DNA of 64,000 nucleotides from Azolla caroliniana (Eukaryota > Plantae > Polypodiophyta): contig JBHGNT010000002.1 of the NCBI GenBank assembly GCA_043228905.1, forward strand, positions 24,800,001 through 24,864,000, written 5' to 3'. The notes below the pieces were generated by a model. The model was given only the letters and a program-made list of their open reading frames with translations. It was not told the origin of the DNA and ran no database searches. Within the stretch, counting starts at the first letter, position 1; the number at the start of each line of letters is the position of its first letter. Shown one piece after another: positions 23,251 to 36,283 of the stretch. Both the position numbers and the translations under genes were made by a program.

Positions 23251-25755
23251 ACATCCATGTAGCGTGTAGTACTCCCCCTCAAGCTCAGTAATGTGGATGT
23301 CATGAGACCAAGGTCCGATGCAAATTGCCCGAGCTTGTCAACTCCTAAGGCCTTTGTAAAAGTATCAGCAATCTTGAGGTGCGTACTGATCTGTTGTAGA
23401 TCGATTTCTCCGGCCTATACTCGCTCGCGAATGAAGTGGTAGTGCACTTCGATGCGTTTAGTTCGTGCATGGAAGACGGGGTTCCAAGCGAGGTAGATGT
23501 TGCACATGTTGTCGTAGTATAGGCAAATTGGATCCGTAATGGGAATGCCCAGATCCTTTAGTATGCACTTGAGCCATACGGCTTCACATGCGGCGATTGT
23601 CGCGCCCCTGTATTTGGCTTCCATGCTCGACAGTGTGACTATTGGCTGCTTCTTATTGCTCTAGGAGATCGCTTCGCTGCCGAGGGAGAAGATGAATCCG
23701 GATGTGGATCATCTATCCGCTTTGTATCCTGCCCAGTCCGCGTCTGTGTATCCTTCAAGTCGAATGGTCGTATTTGACTTATACATAATGTCATGATCCA
23801 TTGTAGTGCTGACATACCGGAGTATCCTCTTAGCGCAATCGAGATGAGGGTTTCGCGGATTTTGCATGAATTGGCTAAGTAGGCCGACCGAATAACTAAG
23901 ATCGGGCCGCGTAATGGTGAGATAGATTAAGCTGCCAATTAGTTGTCGATACTGAGTAAGTTGTAGAGCAAGTTTGCATTCTTTCATTCTGAATTTGTAG
24001 AGCAAGTTGAGAACGTAGTGCCATTGAGAGATCATTATTCCAACTGGTGTCTGAATTACTTCAAGGCCTAGGAAGTAATGGAGCTCGTGCAGGTCTTTCA
24101 TCCACATAAAGGATGATGACAATCGGGCTATCCGACTCATTTCTGATGTACAAAGAAGTATCAGATTTTGACATTCAAAATCTGATCTAATAAAGATATT
24201 GCGTGATCTTCGAGTGTCACGCACATGGTGCTTGTTTGAGGCCGTAGAGAGGCTTCTTGAGGCGGCATACTACGTGCGGATGATTACGTGATTCAAATCC
24301 AGGTGGTTGAATCATATATACTTCCTCTTCTAATTCTCCTTGGAGGAAGGCGTTTTTCACGTCCATCTGGTGGAGGTGCCACCCTTTTTCTGATGCAAGA
24401 GCAATTACGGTCCACACGGTGGTCATCTTTGCCACCAGGGCAAAGGTCTCTTCGTAGTCTATGCCATGCATTTGCGCCTATCCTTTCGCAAGTAGTCATG
24501 CTTTGAAGTGATTTACGGAGCCGTCGGCATTGTGTTTCACTTTGTAATTCCATCGACAACCAATCACTTTCTTGTGCGGCGTTTGGGTGACGAGATCCCA
24601 TGTCTCGTTTCTTCATTCATCGCATCGACCCATCACGGATCCTTTACGGCTTCGGAAAGCATCTCCGGCTCCTGTACTGACGCTACCTTCATCATGAAGG
24701 TGTAATGGTACGCCATATAATCGTTGTAGCCAAAGTGGTTAATGGGATTCTTTTAACGGGTCGATCGGCGGAGATTCTCATTTGCTGATACTAAGGCTTC
24801 CTTTGCTCCATCTGTCTGGATGATAGGAATGTCTAGGCCTTCGAACTCATTATCAAGGAAGTGAGTCGACGCGTTGTCGATTGGATCTTCGTATTCGAAC
24901 ATCTTGGCCTTCCCTTTGTCGAGTTTCGGACTCGGTCAAAATGTGCTTTGGTCACTCGGGGGCTCCCATGGTCCACTAAGCCGTGTCGTAATCTCCATTT
25001 CGGCAGATTCCGAGTCGAGCAGATTTAGAGTTGAAGTTGTTTCTTGTGCGTACAAAGATGCGGACTCGTCGAAGACTACGTCTCGACTTGTTCGAGCTTT
25101 GCGGGTAGTTAGGTTGTAGCATTTGTACCCCTTCTGTTCAAGTGAGTATCCTACGAGGATACATTTCTCCAACTTCGGGTCGAGCTTTTGTCGTGTATCA
25201 TCGGGAATATTTATGTAGGCGATAGAGCTGAAAATGCGGACGTGTGATAAGTTTGGCTTCTTTCCAAAGAACTTCTCACGAGGAGTTACGTCGTGTACTC
25301 CCAAGGTTTTGCACCTATTCATGAGGTATACAACCGTGTTCCCCGCTTTTGCCCAATACGATTTCGGCAGGTTCTTCTCATTCATCATAGCCTGTGTGAC
25401 TTCTACTATGTGCCGGTTTTTACGCTCAGCTATGTCGTTTTGCTGAGGTGTGTGACGGTATGAGAATTCTCGTTGGATTCCTTCCTTTTGGAGATACGCC
25501 GTAAACTCATCCGAAAAGTATTGTTTGCCTCCATCCGATTGAAGGCAGCGTACGTGCCGACCCGTAGTTTTTTTTACTTCGGCCTTGAACCTCTGGAAGT
25601 GTACAAACACTTCGCTCTTCTGTCTCATCGGGTAGATCCAGGTGTGCAAAACTAATCATCTTAGATCATATGATAGATCTTGTTGTAAGCTTAGATTCAA
25701 GCCATAGATTGTCAAAATCAGACATCGTATGACCAAGTAATGGCTAAAATAAACT

Positions 25756-25756
<1 letters not shown>

Positions 25757-25849
<93 letters not shown>
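25757..25849. repeat. Compound microsatellite (GA)n(GT)n(GA)n
   Basis: Directly visible dinucleotide runs. Confidence 0.95.
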
Positions 25850-25850
<1 letters not shown>

Positions 25851-28811
25851 TTCACATCCATAGAGAGGCCAATATTGACTCGCAGGACTAAGTACAAAAG
25901 TTATCTTAATGTGTGTCTCCTTCTTAAGAAGGGATATTCATACTTTGAAGCACCAATGTCTCAATGTGTGAATAAGACATACACATATGAGCTCAACCTT
26001 CTAGGTGTTCTCTTTAGTGTGATACTCAAGTCATTACCCCCTGAGTCTTAATATATCATCATAGTTTTCATGAATTGCACTATATGCAGAGCATGTAAAA
26101 AGCAAGTAATATTCATCCTCGACTAGCCTTTCCTTGCATACCTTACATGTATTTATTGTTGACTGATTTTGATTCCATAATGCAACTTCAATACCTAAGT
26201 TGTGTGATCAAGTGTGGAGTGTTAGGGCTCTATGAGAGTTAATACATACTTATGTTAGTAATGATGTGTGAAAAGTAGCGTGCGGAAGCAAGTACAAAGA
26301 CAGAACAGAAGGGAGAACACTCAGGTTTAATGGAGAGCTTAAGCTTACATAGTATACGCAGGGGAGACCGAGAGAGACACCAAAAAAGAGAATAATGATT
26401 AACAGACAAAAAAGAACCAAACATATATGTGTTCAATGAACACTTTGTACAAGCCCTAGAAGGACTAATTGGAGTACTGACAGTACTTCAATGCTCATTA
26501 AGAGCTCCTACACTAACTCCCAAATATATTCCTCACGGAATATCTTTCCTAACGGCCTAACCGATCGGTCCCAACCGATCCGGTCCTCGGCTTCTTCAGC
26601 CAATCCGGCCGCTGTTGAGCTTGTCTCTCAACACTCCCCCTCAAGCTCAACTTGAGGCTCTTCGAGATCTTCACAGCTCCGGTTCCTCCTGGCTTCACGC
26701 CTCGCTCGTGCTCCTCGACCTGTTCGACTCTGCGCGCTTCGACCCTTACGGTCGGCTTGTCTGCTCATGTGACCCTTATCAGCTCTTCTGTTGTTGCGGT
26801 GTCAACACTTCTTCTACTGCCTTTTCTTCCGCTTGGGCCTCGGTTGATTCAACGTGTCTGAATCGAACATCCGAACCGACTCGGCTACTTCCGATCGGTT
26901 TTCGCTCTCGTCCGAGTTGGCTATCTCCAACTCGTCTTCGGTCTTCTTGCCCTCGATGGTGTCATCTTCCCCATACGTGGTTGGCTTCGGCTCTCTCCTT
27001 CGGCTACTCCCCATCTGTCCGCTCCCAGACTTTTCCACGGGTCCTCCCTCGGCTTCTTCAGCCGATCCGAAGTCGAACTCGACAACCGAGTCAACTGACT
27101 CGGACTCGGTGTCGCAGTCTCTGCTCCTTTCCTGCTGCCTTGCTTGGTCATTCGGGACTGTTCTCCCCCTCAAGTTTGGCACGTCGAGGTGACGCAACCC
27201 GAGCGCACCTGAGAATTGCCGCAACTTGTCCAGACCAAGAGGCTTTGTGAAGATGTCGGCAACCTGCCGATCCGTCGGCACGTACTGAAGTTCGACTTCT
27301 GCGGAAAGGACACGCTCACGGACGAAATGGTAGTGCACCTCAATGTGCTTGGTCCGTGCGTGGAAAACGGGGTTCTTCGCAAGTTGGATGCTGCTGAGGT
27401 TATCGCAGTAGATCGTCGTTGGATCGGACACCTCCTCTTGCAGGTCCTTAAGTAGCCGCTTCAACCATATGGCTTCGCATGTCGCGACAGCCGCTCCTCG
27501 GTACTCAGCTTCGGTGCTCGACAGTGCAACTGTCGGCTGCTTCTTACTGCTCCACACGATCGCGGCACTCCCGAGGGAGAACGCGTATCCGGACGTGGAT
27601 CGGCGATCGGTGGCATTGCCAGCCCAATCAGCATCGGTGCAGCCGACTAACCGCGTGGCTACACCGGTCCGATATAGCAGTTCCCGGTCCTTAGTTTTGT
27701 TGACATACCGAAGTATGCGTTGCGCACACTGATGGTGCTCCTCGGTAGGTCGCGCCATGAACTGACTAATCACTCCGACCGGATAACTGAGGTCGGGTCG
27801 GGTGATGGTCAAGTATATGAGGCTTCCGACAATTTGTCGGAACCTCGTCGAGTCGCATACCTTTCCCCTATCGGGACGAAGCTTGACGGTTCTGTCTAGA
27901 GGAGTCGAGACAGACTTACAGTCGGCCATCCCGAATTTGAAGAGCATACTCATCACGTAATGACATTGACTGATCAATATGCCTTCAGGGGTACGGTGTC
28001 GTGAAGAATTTCGGCTAGAGGAAGAAACCGGGAAACATTGTGTACATCGGCGGGGTGCAGCATGTGTGCTCACCCGTGTACATTTAGTGTGAATAACGAG
28101 GGTGCCTTTATGGCGCCGAAGAGTAGTCAAGTCGGGACAGACGATCCCATGTAAGTCAAGATTTATCCCACATTGTAACGCATCCCTCTCTTTGTTCTAT
28201 AAAAGGAAGGGAGCGCCCTTTGTGAAAGGGTTGCCCATTTTGCGTTAGAGGGTATACCGTTAGATTTAGGGTTAGTTACATTTCTTCTTCTTCTTCTTCT
28301 TCGTCTTTTCCCCCTTCGTGTTTTGCTTAAGGTTTGCTTCGGCTCGGCCTCCTGTGCAAGACCCCGCTCGGCGCGACGAGCCGAGAGCTCCCCGACGGCG
28401 GCTTGACAGCAGACGACTGTTGTAACCTACCTTGGTCCGGCTCGAAGCCGGGAATGTATTCTTCCTCTTATATATATATATATACATTTGCGCCTATCTG
28501 TGTATATTCGCGTCTCTGTTGGTGTCGGGTGCTTCCCCCTTTCCTGCGTTTCCTGTACATAAGGGCGTGAGTCGGGTCAGCCTCTGTGTGTGTGTGTGTG
28601 TGTGTGTGCGTGTGTGTGTGTGCGTGCGTGCGTGAGTCGGTGTTTAGCGCGCGCTCCCTCTCTTTCTCTCTCTCTCTTCGGTTGCCTCCGGTGTGTTTCT
28701 GGGATGCCCCGGAAACGGTGAAGTACGACTTCCTACGCTCTGTCACTCCCTAGTCCAAGACCGTCGTGGTCCCGCCTTTCTCCACGCACATGCATAACAA
28801 CACGACATCTT

Positions 28812-28829
28812 TGGTGAACCCGACGTGAA
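28812..28829 (+). promoter_or_regulatory. Primer-binding site complementary to tRNA-Trp
   Basis: TGGTGAACCCGACGTGAA, 4 nt after the LTR, is the reverse complement of the plant cytosolic tRNA-Trp 3' end (TTCACGTCGGGTTCACCA), as recalled from memory. Confidence 0.85.
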
Positions 28830-28844
28830 AGACGAAAAGGGAGG

Positions 28845-29912
28845 ATGGAGTCGGAAGACGACGACCTCGCGGTGATGGTGGCCGAAGTGGTGTTGGAGTC
28901 AGCACGAGTGCTAATGAGGCGAGAAGCAGCGCAACAAGCGGTTGAGCGAGTGGTCAAAAGAGTCGGCCGTTTCAACGGGGACAAAGTCCCATCTTACTTG
29001 GGAGCCTACAATGCGGATATGGAGGAGCGTGGCGTAGACGAGGCGTTGAGGCTGGAGTTCTTCTGTCGGGTCGTAGCTGTCCGGATGCATGCGGAAGTAA
29101 AGGAGCTCCGTGAGGCTCATAGTTCGTGGGAGGCCTTCGAAGAGGTGCTCCTGAAGGCATACGGAGGACGGCGGAAGAGCTGGGGACGACACGACTTCGA
29201 CCAGTGGGTAGTGTCGGCAAAGACCCACCGGGGCGCGACGAAGGCGTTCCGAGAGTTCGAGCGACGGCTTGCTTGGCTCCCGGAGCGGGAACAAGGTTTG
29301 GTGGGGACGGACAAGGTGCTATTGTTCGTCAAGTCGATCGACCAAGCGGAATGGGAGGCCATCGGGATTGAGCTTGAAGATGATGACAGAGCGAATGGGC
29401 TTACGGAGGACTGGTCGAAGGTCGGAAGGGTGTGCCTACAGCTAGACAATGAGCGAGCCGAGAAGGCTAAGAGGAAGGCGTGCGACGACATGCCATCACA
29501 GCGGGAAGAGGCCGAACGGCAAAGAGAGCCGGCAAGGGTCGGCGTTGGGGCCATGATTGCGGAGGCGTACGCAGCTCTCGAGGCGATGCTCGAGGAAGAG
29601 GAAAGATCAAGGCCGCAAGCCGAGACTGAGGAGACAGACTTGCCCCACGCGACGGCGGAAGATCGGTACCACGGTACCACGGTACCACGGGAGAGGGCGC
29701 GAAACAAAACGCCCTCTCAACTTGTGGAGATAGAACGGCCAAGGACGAAGCCGAGATACAGATCGCGGAACCGGATAGTTGGGACCAGCGGTTTCAAGCG
29801 TGTCAGCCCGAAACCCCGGAAATCGGAGAAGCAAGCCCAGGCGGGGCTTGCGCGATCGGTGAAAAGACGACCGCCGACCACGAAGAGTCGGTGGCTACGG
29901 ACAAGGGCGTAA
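28845..29912 (+). CDS. Gag-like protein of G4 (probably frameshifted after ~260 aa)
   Basis: ATG lies just after the PBS. Helical capsid-like region RFNGDKVPSYL...SWEAFEEVLLKAY...AFREFERR. The C-terminus is low-complexity. Confidence 0.65.
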   Translation: MESEDDDLAVMVAEVVLESARVLMRREAAQQAVERVVKRVGRFNGDKVPSYLGAYNADMEERGVDEALRLEFFCRVVAVRMHAEVKELREAHSSWEAFEEVLLKAYGGRRKSWGRHDFDQWVVSAKTHRGATKAFREFERRLAWLPEREQGLVGTDKVLLFVKSIDQAEWEAIGIELEDDDRANGLTEDWSKVGRVCLQLDNERAEKAKRKACDDMPSQREEAERQREPARVGVGAMIAEAYAALEAMLEEEERSRPQAETEETDLPHATAEDRYHGTTVPRERARNKTPSQLVEIERPRTKPRYRSRNRIVGTSGFKRVSPKPRKSEKQAQAGLARSVKRRPPTTKSRWLRTRA

Positions 29913-30951
29913 AACGGACGGGCGATTCTTTGTGTCTTCCCACACTTGCTACCGAGACGATGGCAGTCAGGCCCGAGTGCCCACGTGAGTCCCAACCGGA
30001 GGAAGGCAGCGGCGAAGGACCGAGAATCACCGACGAGACGATACAGGGAAGGAGCGGACGGAAGCCCACGAACCCGATTCCGGAGAACTCGGCGTTCGGG
30101 CCCGTATGCCCATGTAAGACCGAGGAGATGGATGGCGGTACCGAGGAGTCCTGGCACGATGCCAGCGAAGATGGATGGGAGATGGCCAGCGAAATGGGTG
30201 ACAAGGAGACCAAGGAATGACCCGACTGGGGACCGAACCACGCAACGCTCCAGTACGGGTGGAGCATGATCCGGTCGTGGATTGTTCGATCGGGGCCAGA
30301 ATCGGCATAAAGGTGCCGATACGGGAGAGGTTGCGGGACGAGCCGCCCTCTTTTACATGGGGAGAAAGACCGACCAGGCGAAGGTCGGGAATTGGAAAGG
30401 AAGGTGATAAAAGGTTCGGAACGAGTCTGGCAAGATCGGCATCGGAGCCGAAACTCCAGACATTGGAGAATCAAGCTCAGGCGGGGCTTGATTGATCACA
30501 GAGTAGATGCTATCCACCGACACCACTAAAAGGGGCGGTGGCCCGGACGAGTTGCAAAAAGACATTGCGAAATCGGTTACGCCACATCTTATCCGGAGAC
30601 TTCGGCGGTTCAGCCGATGTGGCAACGTGAGACCGAAAGAGATGGAGGATGGAGGCAAGTACGCGAGAAGGAGAGAAGCGACGAGTTCGGGAGAAGTAAA
30701 AGGGATGAAGAGGAGAACAAAGTCCGGTCCTACAGGATCCCCACACCAGTCTGGAGGCCCCGGCAGTTCGGCCAACGTGGCAACGTGAGACCTAGGGAGA
30801 AGGCTGGTGGCGATAGGAGAACAGGACCCGGCAATACGGAGAAGGACGAACGGACCCGGACGAGAACCGGGTGGAGTGGACTCCCCGATGACCATTCCGG
30901 GAGGGAGGAAGAGAGTAGGCCTACGGAGAGGCCGAGGAGACAGTACGTTGG

Positions 30952-33900
30952 TGTTGGGAATCAACGCTTCGATTCACCTTCTTCCTTTCGGCCACAACCG
31001 AGTAATCGCGGATCAATGCAGCAGAAAATAGAAACCAAAAGAGAGAAACACACGAGTACACAGGGATTAACGTGGAAAACCCTAGATGGGAAAAACCACG
31101 GGAGTACAAGACTCCAAACAACACTATACAAGAGAAGTATACAATGACGAGCTCCAAGGCGACGACCTTGAGCTCGCTGTCCTCGCCACAGGCGGCGGAA
31201 ATACACAGAGGCGTCGTCCTCTTCCTCTCTCGCACTCTATCTCTCACTCTGTCTCACGGCTGCTCCCTCTTCACTCCTCTTGAGTGGAAAAACAGAAAAA
31301 TGATAAGCAACAACAACACTGTTTGCCCTAAGTCATATTTATACTTATATGACTTTGGGCTATTTACAACTGTAGCCTCAGGGGCCCATAGCGAACATAT
31401 TCACGGATATGTCCCTGCATCCGGATCGCTCTCCGGGTACATTCGTCATCCGGTACCGAAACCGGGGTCTTCGTCATCCGGATCCGAAACCGAAACCGGG
31501 CTTGTCGGCATTCATCTCCGATATCCGACCATCCCATGAGAAGGGACCGTAATCCCAACAAACTCCCCCTTCACTTCGGCATGGGATGTCTCTCCAATCC
31601 GATCCTCTTCCGGCATGCTTCCAGCTTGTCGGGTGTGAGGACCTTGGTCAGCATATCCGACCCGTTCTCGTCCGTGTGGATCTTTGTCAGCACGAACTCC
31701 TTGTCTTCTATCCTTTCCTGGATCCAGTGATATCTTCGCTGGATGTGCTTCGTCCGGGAGTGATAGGCCGCGTTCTTCGCAAGGTGGATTGCACTCTGAC
31801 TGTCGCAGTAGAGTCGGTACTCCTCCTGTCGGATACCGAGCTCTCTAATGAAGTCCTTCATCCATATTATTTCCTTGCCGGCTTCAACAGCCGCCATGTA
31901 CTCCGCCTCCGTGGTTGACAGCGCAACCGTCTTCTGCAGCCTCGACTGCCATGAAACAGCTCCCCCTGCATACGTCATCACATACCCTGATGTGGACCGG
32001 CTGGTATCTGCATCAGCCGACATATCCGAATCGGTAAAGCCGTCGAGTTCGGGCTTTCCGGAGCCGAATCGGAGGCACACGTTTGCCGTGCCCTTCAGGT
32101 ATCGGAGTATCCACTTGGCCGCGTTCCAATGCTCTTTGCCGGGATTGCTCATGTACCGGCTCACCACTCCGACTGCATATCCGATGTCCGGTCTCGTACA
32201 CACCATGGCGTACATCAAGCTCCCGACGGCTGAGGCATACGGCACTTTCATCATATCCTCCTTTTCAGCCTTTGTCTTGGGACTTTGCTTGCTGGACAGC
32301 TTGCAGTTTGTCGGGAGGGTCGATCCGACCGGTCTTGCTTCCGACATGTTGAACCAGTGAAGCACCTTCATCACGTACTTCTCCTGTGACAGCCACAACT
32401 GCTTCTTGCTCCGGTCCCGGATGATGTGCATCCCTAGTATTTGTCTCGCCGGACCCAGGTCCTTCATTGAGAAGGTTCGGTGAAGAGCCTTCTTCAGCAT
32501 CCGGATCTTGACCTGGTCCCGTCCGACGATCAACATGTCGTCCACGTACAGGAGGAGTATTAGAAAGTCTCCTCCTTCGAACTTCTTCACAAACACGCAG
32601 TGGTCGGACTGCGTTTTGAGGTACCCTTCGTCGGTCATGAAGGAGTCGAACTTCCGGTACCATTGCCGGGGAGCCTGCTTCAGTCCGTAAAGGCTCTTCT
32701 TCAACCAGCATACCAGGTGCTCCTTCCCTTTCTTCTCGAATCCTTCCGGTTGCTGCATGTAGATCTCTTCATCGAGGTCACCGTGAAGGAATGTCGTCTT
32801 CACGTCCATCTGTTCTACCTCGAGGTCCATGCTTGCCGCTATGCTCAGCACCGTCCGGATGGAGGTCATCTTCACTACCGGGGCAAATATCTCGTCGAAG
32901 TCGACGCCCTTCTTCTGCTGAAACCCCTTCACCACGATCCTGGCTTTGTATCTCGGGGGGTTTCCGGCATCTCCCGGTTTCAGCTTGAACACCCACTTGT
33001 TTCGAAGTGCCCGCTTTCCTTTCGGCAACTCCACAAGTTCATATGTGTGGTTCTCGTGCAGGGAATCCATTTCATCCTGCATGGCACTCAACCACCTGCG
33101 GCTCTGGGTGTCATGTTTTGCTTCTTCAAAGCTCTCCGGCTCCCCCTCGTCGGTTAGCAGCACGTGCTCTGGTTCCGGAAATCTCCGGGGGGCCCTTCTC
33201 TCTCTTAGAGGATATCTCCGTTCCGGAGCTTCGGTAACCGGTTCTTCCGATTCTTCTTCATCCGAATCCATTTCGGGATCGGGGCCGGTTCCGGTATCGT
33301 TTTCATCTTCTTCGGCCGGTTCTGTTTCTTCACCGTCTTCGGCCGGATCCTCGAGTGCTAACCGGTCCCTTGCCGGTCGGGACTACTCCTTGTAGAGTTG
33401 ATCCTCACCGGTCGACTTGGAGCTCTTCACCTTCTTCTCCGACTCCCAGTCGGCGAGTGTCTTGTCCTCCATGAAGATGATGTCTCGACTCCTGAATATC
33501 TTCTTGTCGACCGGGTCCCATACTCGGTAGCCGAACTCGTCATCACCGTAACCGAGGAATATGCATGGCCGGGTCTTTGGATCTAGCTTTCCTCTCCGGT
33601 CCTTTGCCACATGCACGTATGCGAGACACCCGAACACCTTCAGATGCCGGTAGGACACTTCCTTACCGGTCCACACTTTCTGCGGCGTGTCTCCGTCCAA
33701 AGGTACTGAGGGTGATCTGTTTATCACGTATGTCGCCGTCAACATTGCCTCAGCCCAAAACCCCTTGGGTAATTTCGCATGCGCCAGCATACTCCGGACC
33801 CGCTCCATTATGGTCCGGTTCATCCTCTCAGCCAGCCCGTTCAGTTCCGGCGTCTTCGGCACAGTAAACTCGAGTCGGATTCCCTTCGAGCGACAGTACT

Positions 33901-36283
33901 CCTGGAACTGCCCCCGGTATTCCCCTCCGTTATCCGCTCGTATCGCTTTCAGCTTCTTGCCGGATTCCCTTTCCACTCTCGCGTGGAGTTCTTTGAAGAC
34001 GCACAACGCTTGGTCCTTTGTCTTCAACGGTGCCGTCCACAGCTTCCGGCTGTGATCATCAATGAATGTTACGAAGTACTGGGCTCCGCCATGTGACTTC
34101 GTTTCTACCTGACACACATCAATGTGCACCAACTCCAATGGTGCGCTCCGTCTCGTCGGTGGCCTTGAGTGGAAGGAGGTTCGGTTCTGCTTACCAGCCA
34201 GGCAATCGGTGCACTTCTCCAGGTGCACATGCTTCACTGGGATAAGGTTGTCTTCTGCAAGCCTCTTCATCCCCTTCTCACTCATGTGGCACAGTCTCTT
34301 GTGCCACAGCTCACCGGCAGTGTCGGCTGCCACATTCAGTTCTTCCGGACATAACCGGGCATTCATCAGGTACAGTGTGTTGACTTTCCGGGCCCGAGCC
34401 ACTATCAGGCTCCCCTTGCTGAACTTCATTACGCCGTTCCGGATGCTACCTGTGTAGCCTTCATCGTCTAGCCTCCCGGCCGAAATCAGGTTCAATCGAA
34501 CCTCCGGAACGTGTCGGACATCCTTCAGCAGCATTTTGCATCCGGTCGGGGTTGTCAACCACACGTCTCCTATGCCGGAAATCCGGCACGTACCTTCATT
34601 TCCCATCCGAACACAGCCATGCTCACCGGCTGTGTAGGATGAGAAGTATCTTCTCTCCGGGGTCAGGTGGAACGATGCTCCGGAATCGACCACCCAGGTC
34701 GTCTCATCGCCGGCAACGTTTAGCTCACCTTCTTCGGTGATGAGCATGATTTCTTCCTCACTTGCCGCGAGTGCCGTTGTTCCTTTCCGGTCCTGTCCTC
34801 GCCGATCCGAACCATTCCGGTCCGTGGCTCCCCGGTATGCACCGTTTCTCTCCGGTGACTTCTTCGAATCGGTGTTGTCGGTTCCATTGTCTTTTCGGTA
34901 ATGCCGACAATTCTTTCGGAAGTGCCCCGGCTTCCCACAGTGGAAGCATGTGGGCCTTCCTCTTGACTGCGACCGGGTCCCCGACTTCTCCCGTCTTTGC
35001 GGACTCCGGTTCCATTGTCTTCCCCGATCCGATTCGGTAAACAACATCTTCGGGTCGGAGGCCGGTTCCTTATCTCTCCGACGCGCTTCTTCATTCAAAA
35101 TACTTGTCTTTACCGTTTGTAAGGACAAGTTATCTTCGGTGCAGGAGGTGCTGAGAGTCACCACCAAGTTCTCCCAGCTTTCCGGCAATGTACACATCAG
35201 GATGATGGCTTGCATTGCATCCTCCAACGGGAACTTGATCGCCGCAAGCTGATTCACGAATCCCATGAACGTGCTTACGTGTTCCACCATACTCTCGCCG
35301 TCCCGGTACTTGAGGTTCACTATCTTCCTCATCAGGGAGGTCCGGTTCAACGCATTCTTCCTCTCGTAGAGGCCCGACAGCTTCTTCCACATCTCATATG
35401 CGTTGGTGTCGTTCGCCACATGTTGTAGGACGCTTACATCGACATATTGTCGGATCGTCGCTACGGCTTTCCGGTTCAGGAGCTTCCACTCCGACTCAAG
35501 TACCCCCTTCGGTATTTCCGACCTGTCAATCGGTTCGTACAGGTCCCGAACAATCAGAAGATCCTCCATCTTGATCTTCCAGTCGGCGTAATTCTGCGCA
35601 TTCAGCACCATCATCCCCGGCTGCCCGCTGCCGCCGCCTTCCATTTTCTGCAGCAGTTCGCTCTGATACCAGTTTGTTGGGAATCAACGCTTCGATTCAC
35701 CTTCTTCCTTTCGGCCACAACCGAGTAATCGCGGATCAATGCAGCAGAAAATAGAAACCAAAAGAGAGAAACACACGAGTACACAGGGATTAACGTGGAA
35801 AACCCTAGATGGGAAAAACCACGGGAGTACAAGACTCCAAACAACACTATACAAGAGAAGTATACAATGACGAGCTCCAAGGCGACGACCTTGAGCTCGC
35901 TGTCCTCGCCACAGGCGGCGGAAATACACAGAGGCGTCGTCCTCTTCCTCTCTCGCGCTCTATCTCTCACTCTGTCTCACGGCTGCTCCCTCTTCACTCC
36001 TCTTGAGTGGAAAAACAGAAAAATGATAAGCAACAACAACACTGTTTGCCCTAAGTCATATTTATACTTATATGACTTTGGGCTATTTACAACTGTAGCC
36101 TCAGGGGCCCATAGCGAACATATTCACGGATATGTCCCTGCATCCGGATCGCTCTCCGGGTACATTCGTCATCCGGTACCGAAACCGGGGTCTTCGTCAT
36201 CCGGATCCGAAACCGAAACCGGGCTTGTCGGCATTCATCTCCGATATCCGACCATCCCATGAGAAGGGACCGTAATCCCAACA
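30952..36283 (-). mobile_element. Young full-length Ty1/copia element I (609-bp LTRs 30952-31560 and 35675-36283; TSD GTTGG)
   Basis: GTTGG at 30947-30951 and 36284-36288. PBS TGGTATCAGAGC at 35660-35671, PPT present. The LTRs differ at one position that I could find. Confidence 0.97.
31571..35644 (-). pseudogene. Copia I gag-pol polyprotein with a single in-frame TAG (33383-33385)
   Basis: The 753-aa and 566-aa ORFs are in the same frame. All domains are present (CCHC, DSGAS, HHCC, DDE, YVDD, RNaseH). Confidence 0.93.

Larger units (their letters stand above)
21022..25650 (-). mobile_element. Degenerate Ty1/copia element F (IN-RT-RH remnants 23270-25649, 3' UTR, 3' LTR 21022-21341), 5'-truncated
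   Basis: rve [16 protein letters not shown] and RH NPVFHARTK motifs. PPT AAAGGGGCG precedes TGTTGAG at 21341. The LTR contains a (CA)n tract. Interrupted by G3. Confidence 0.82.
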
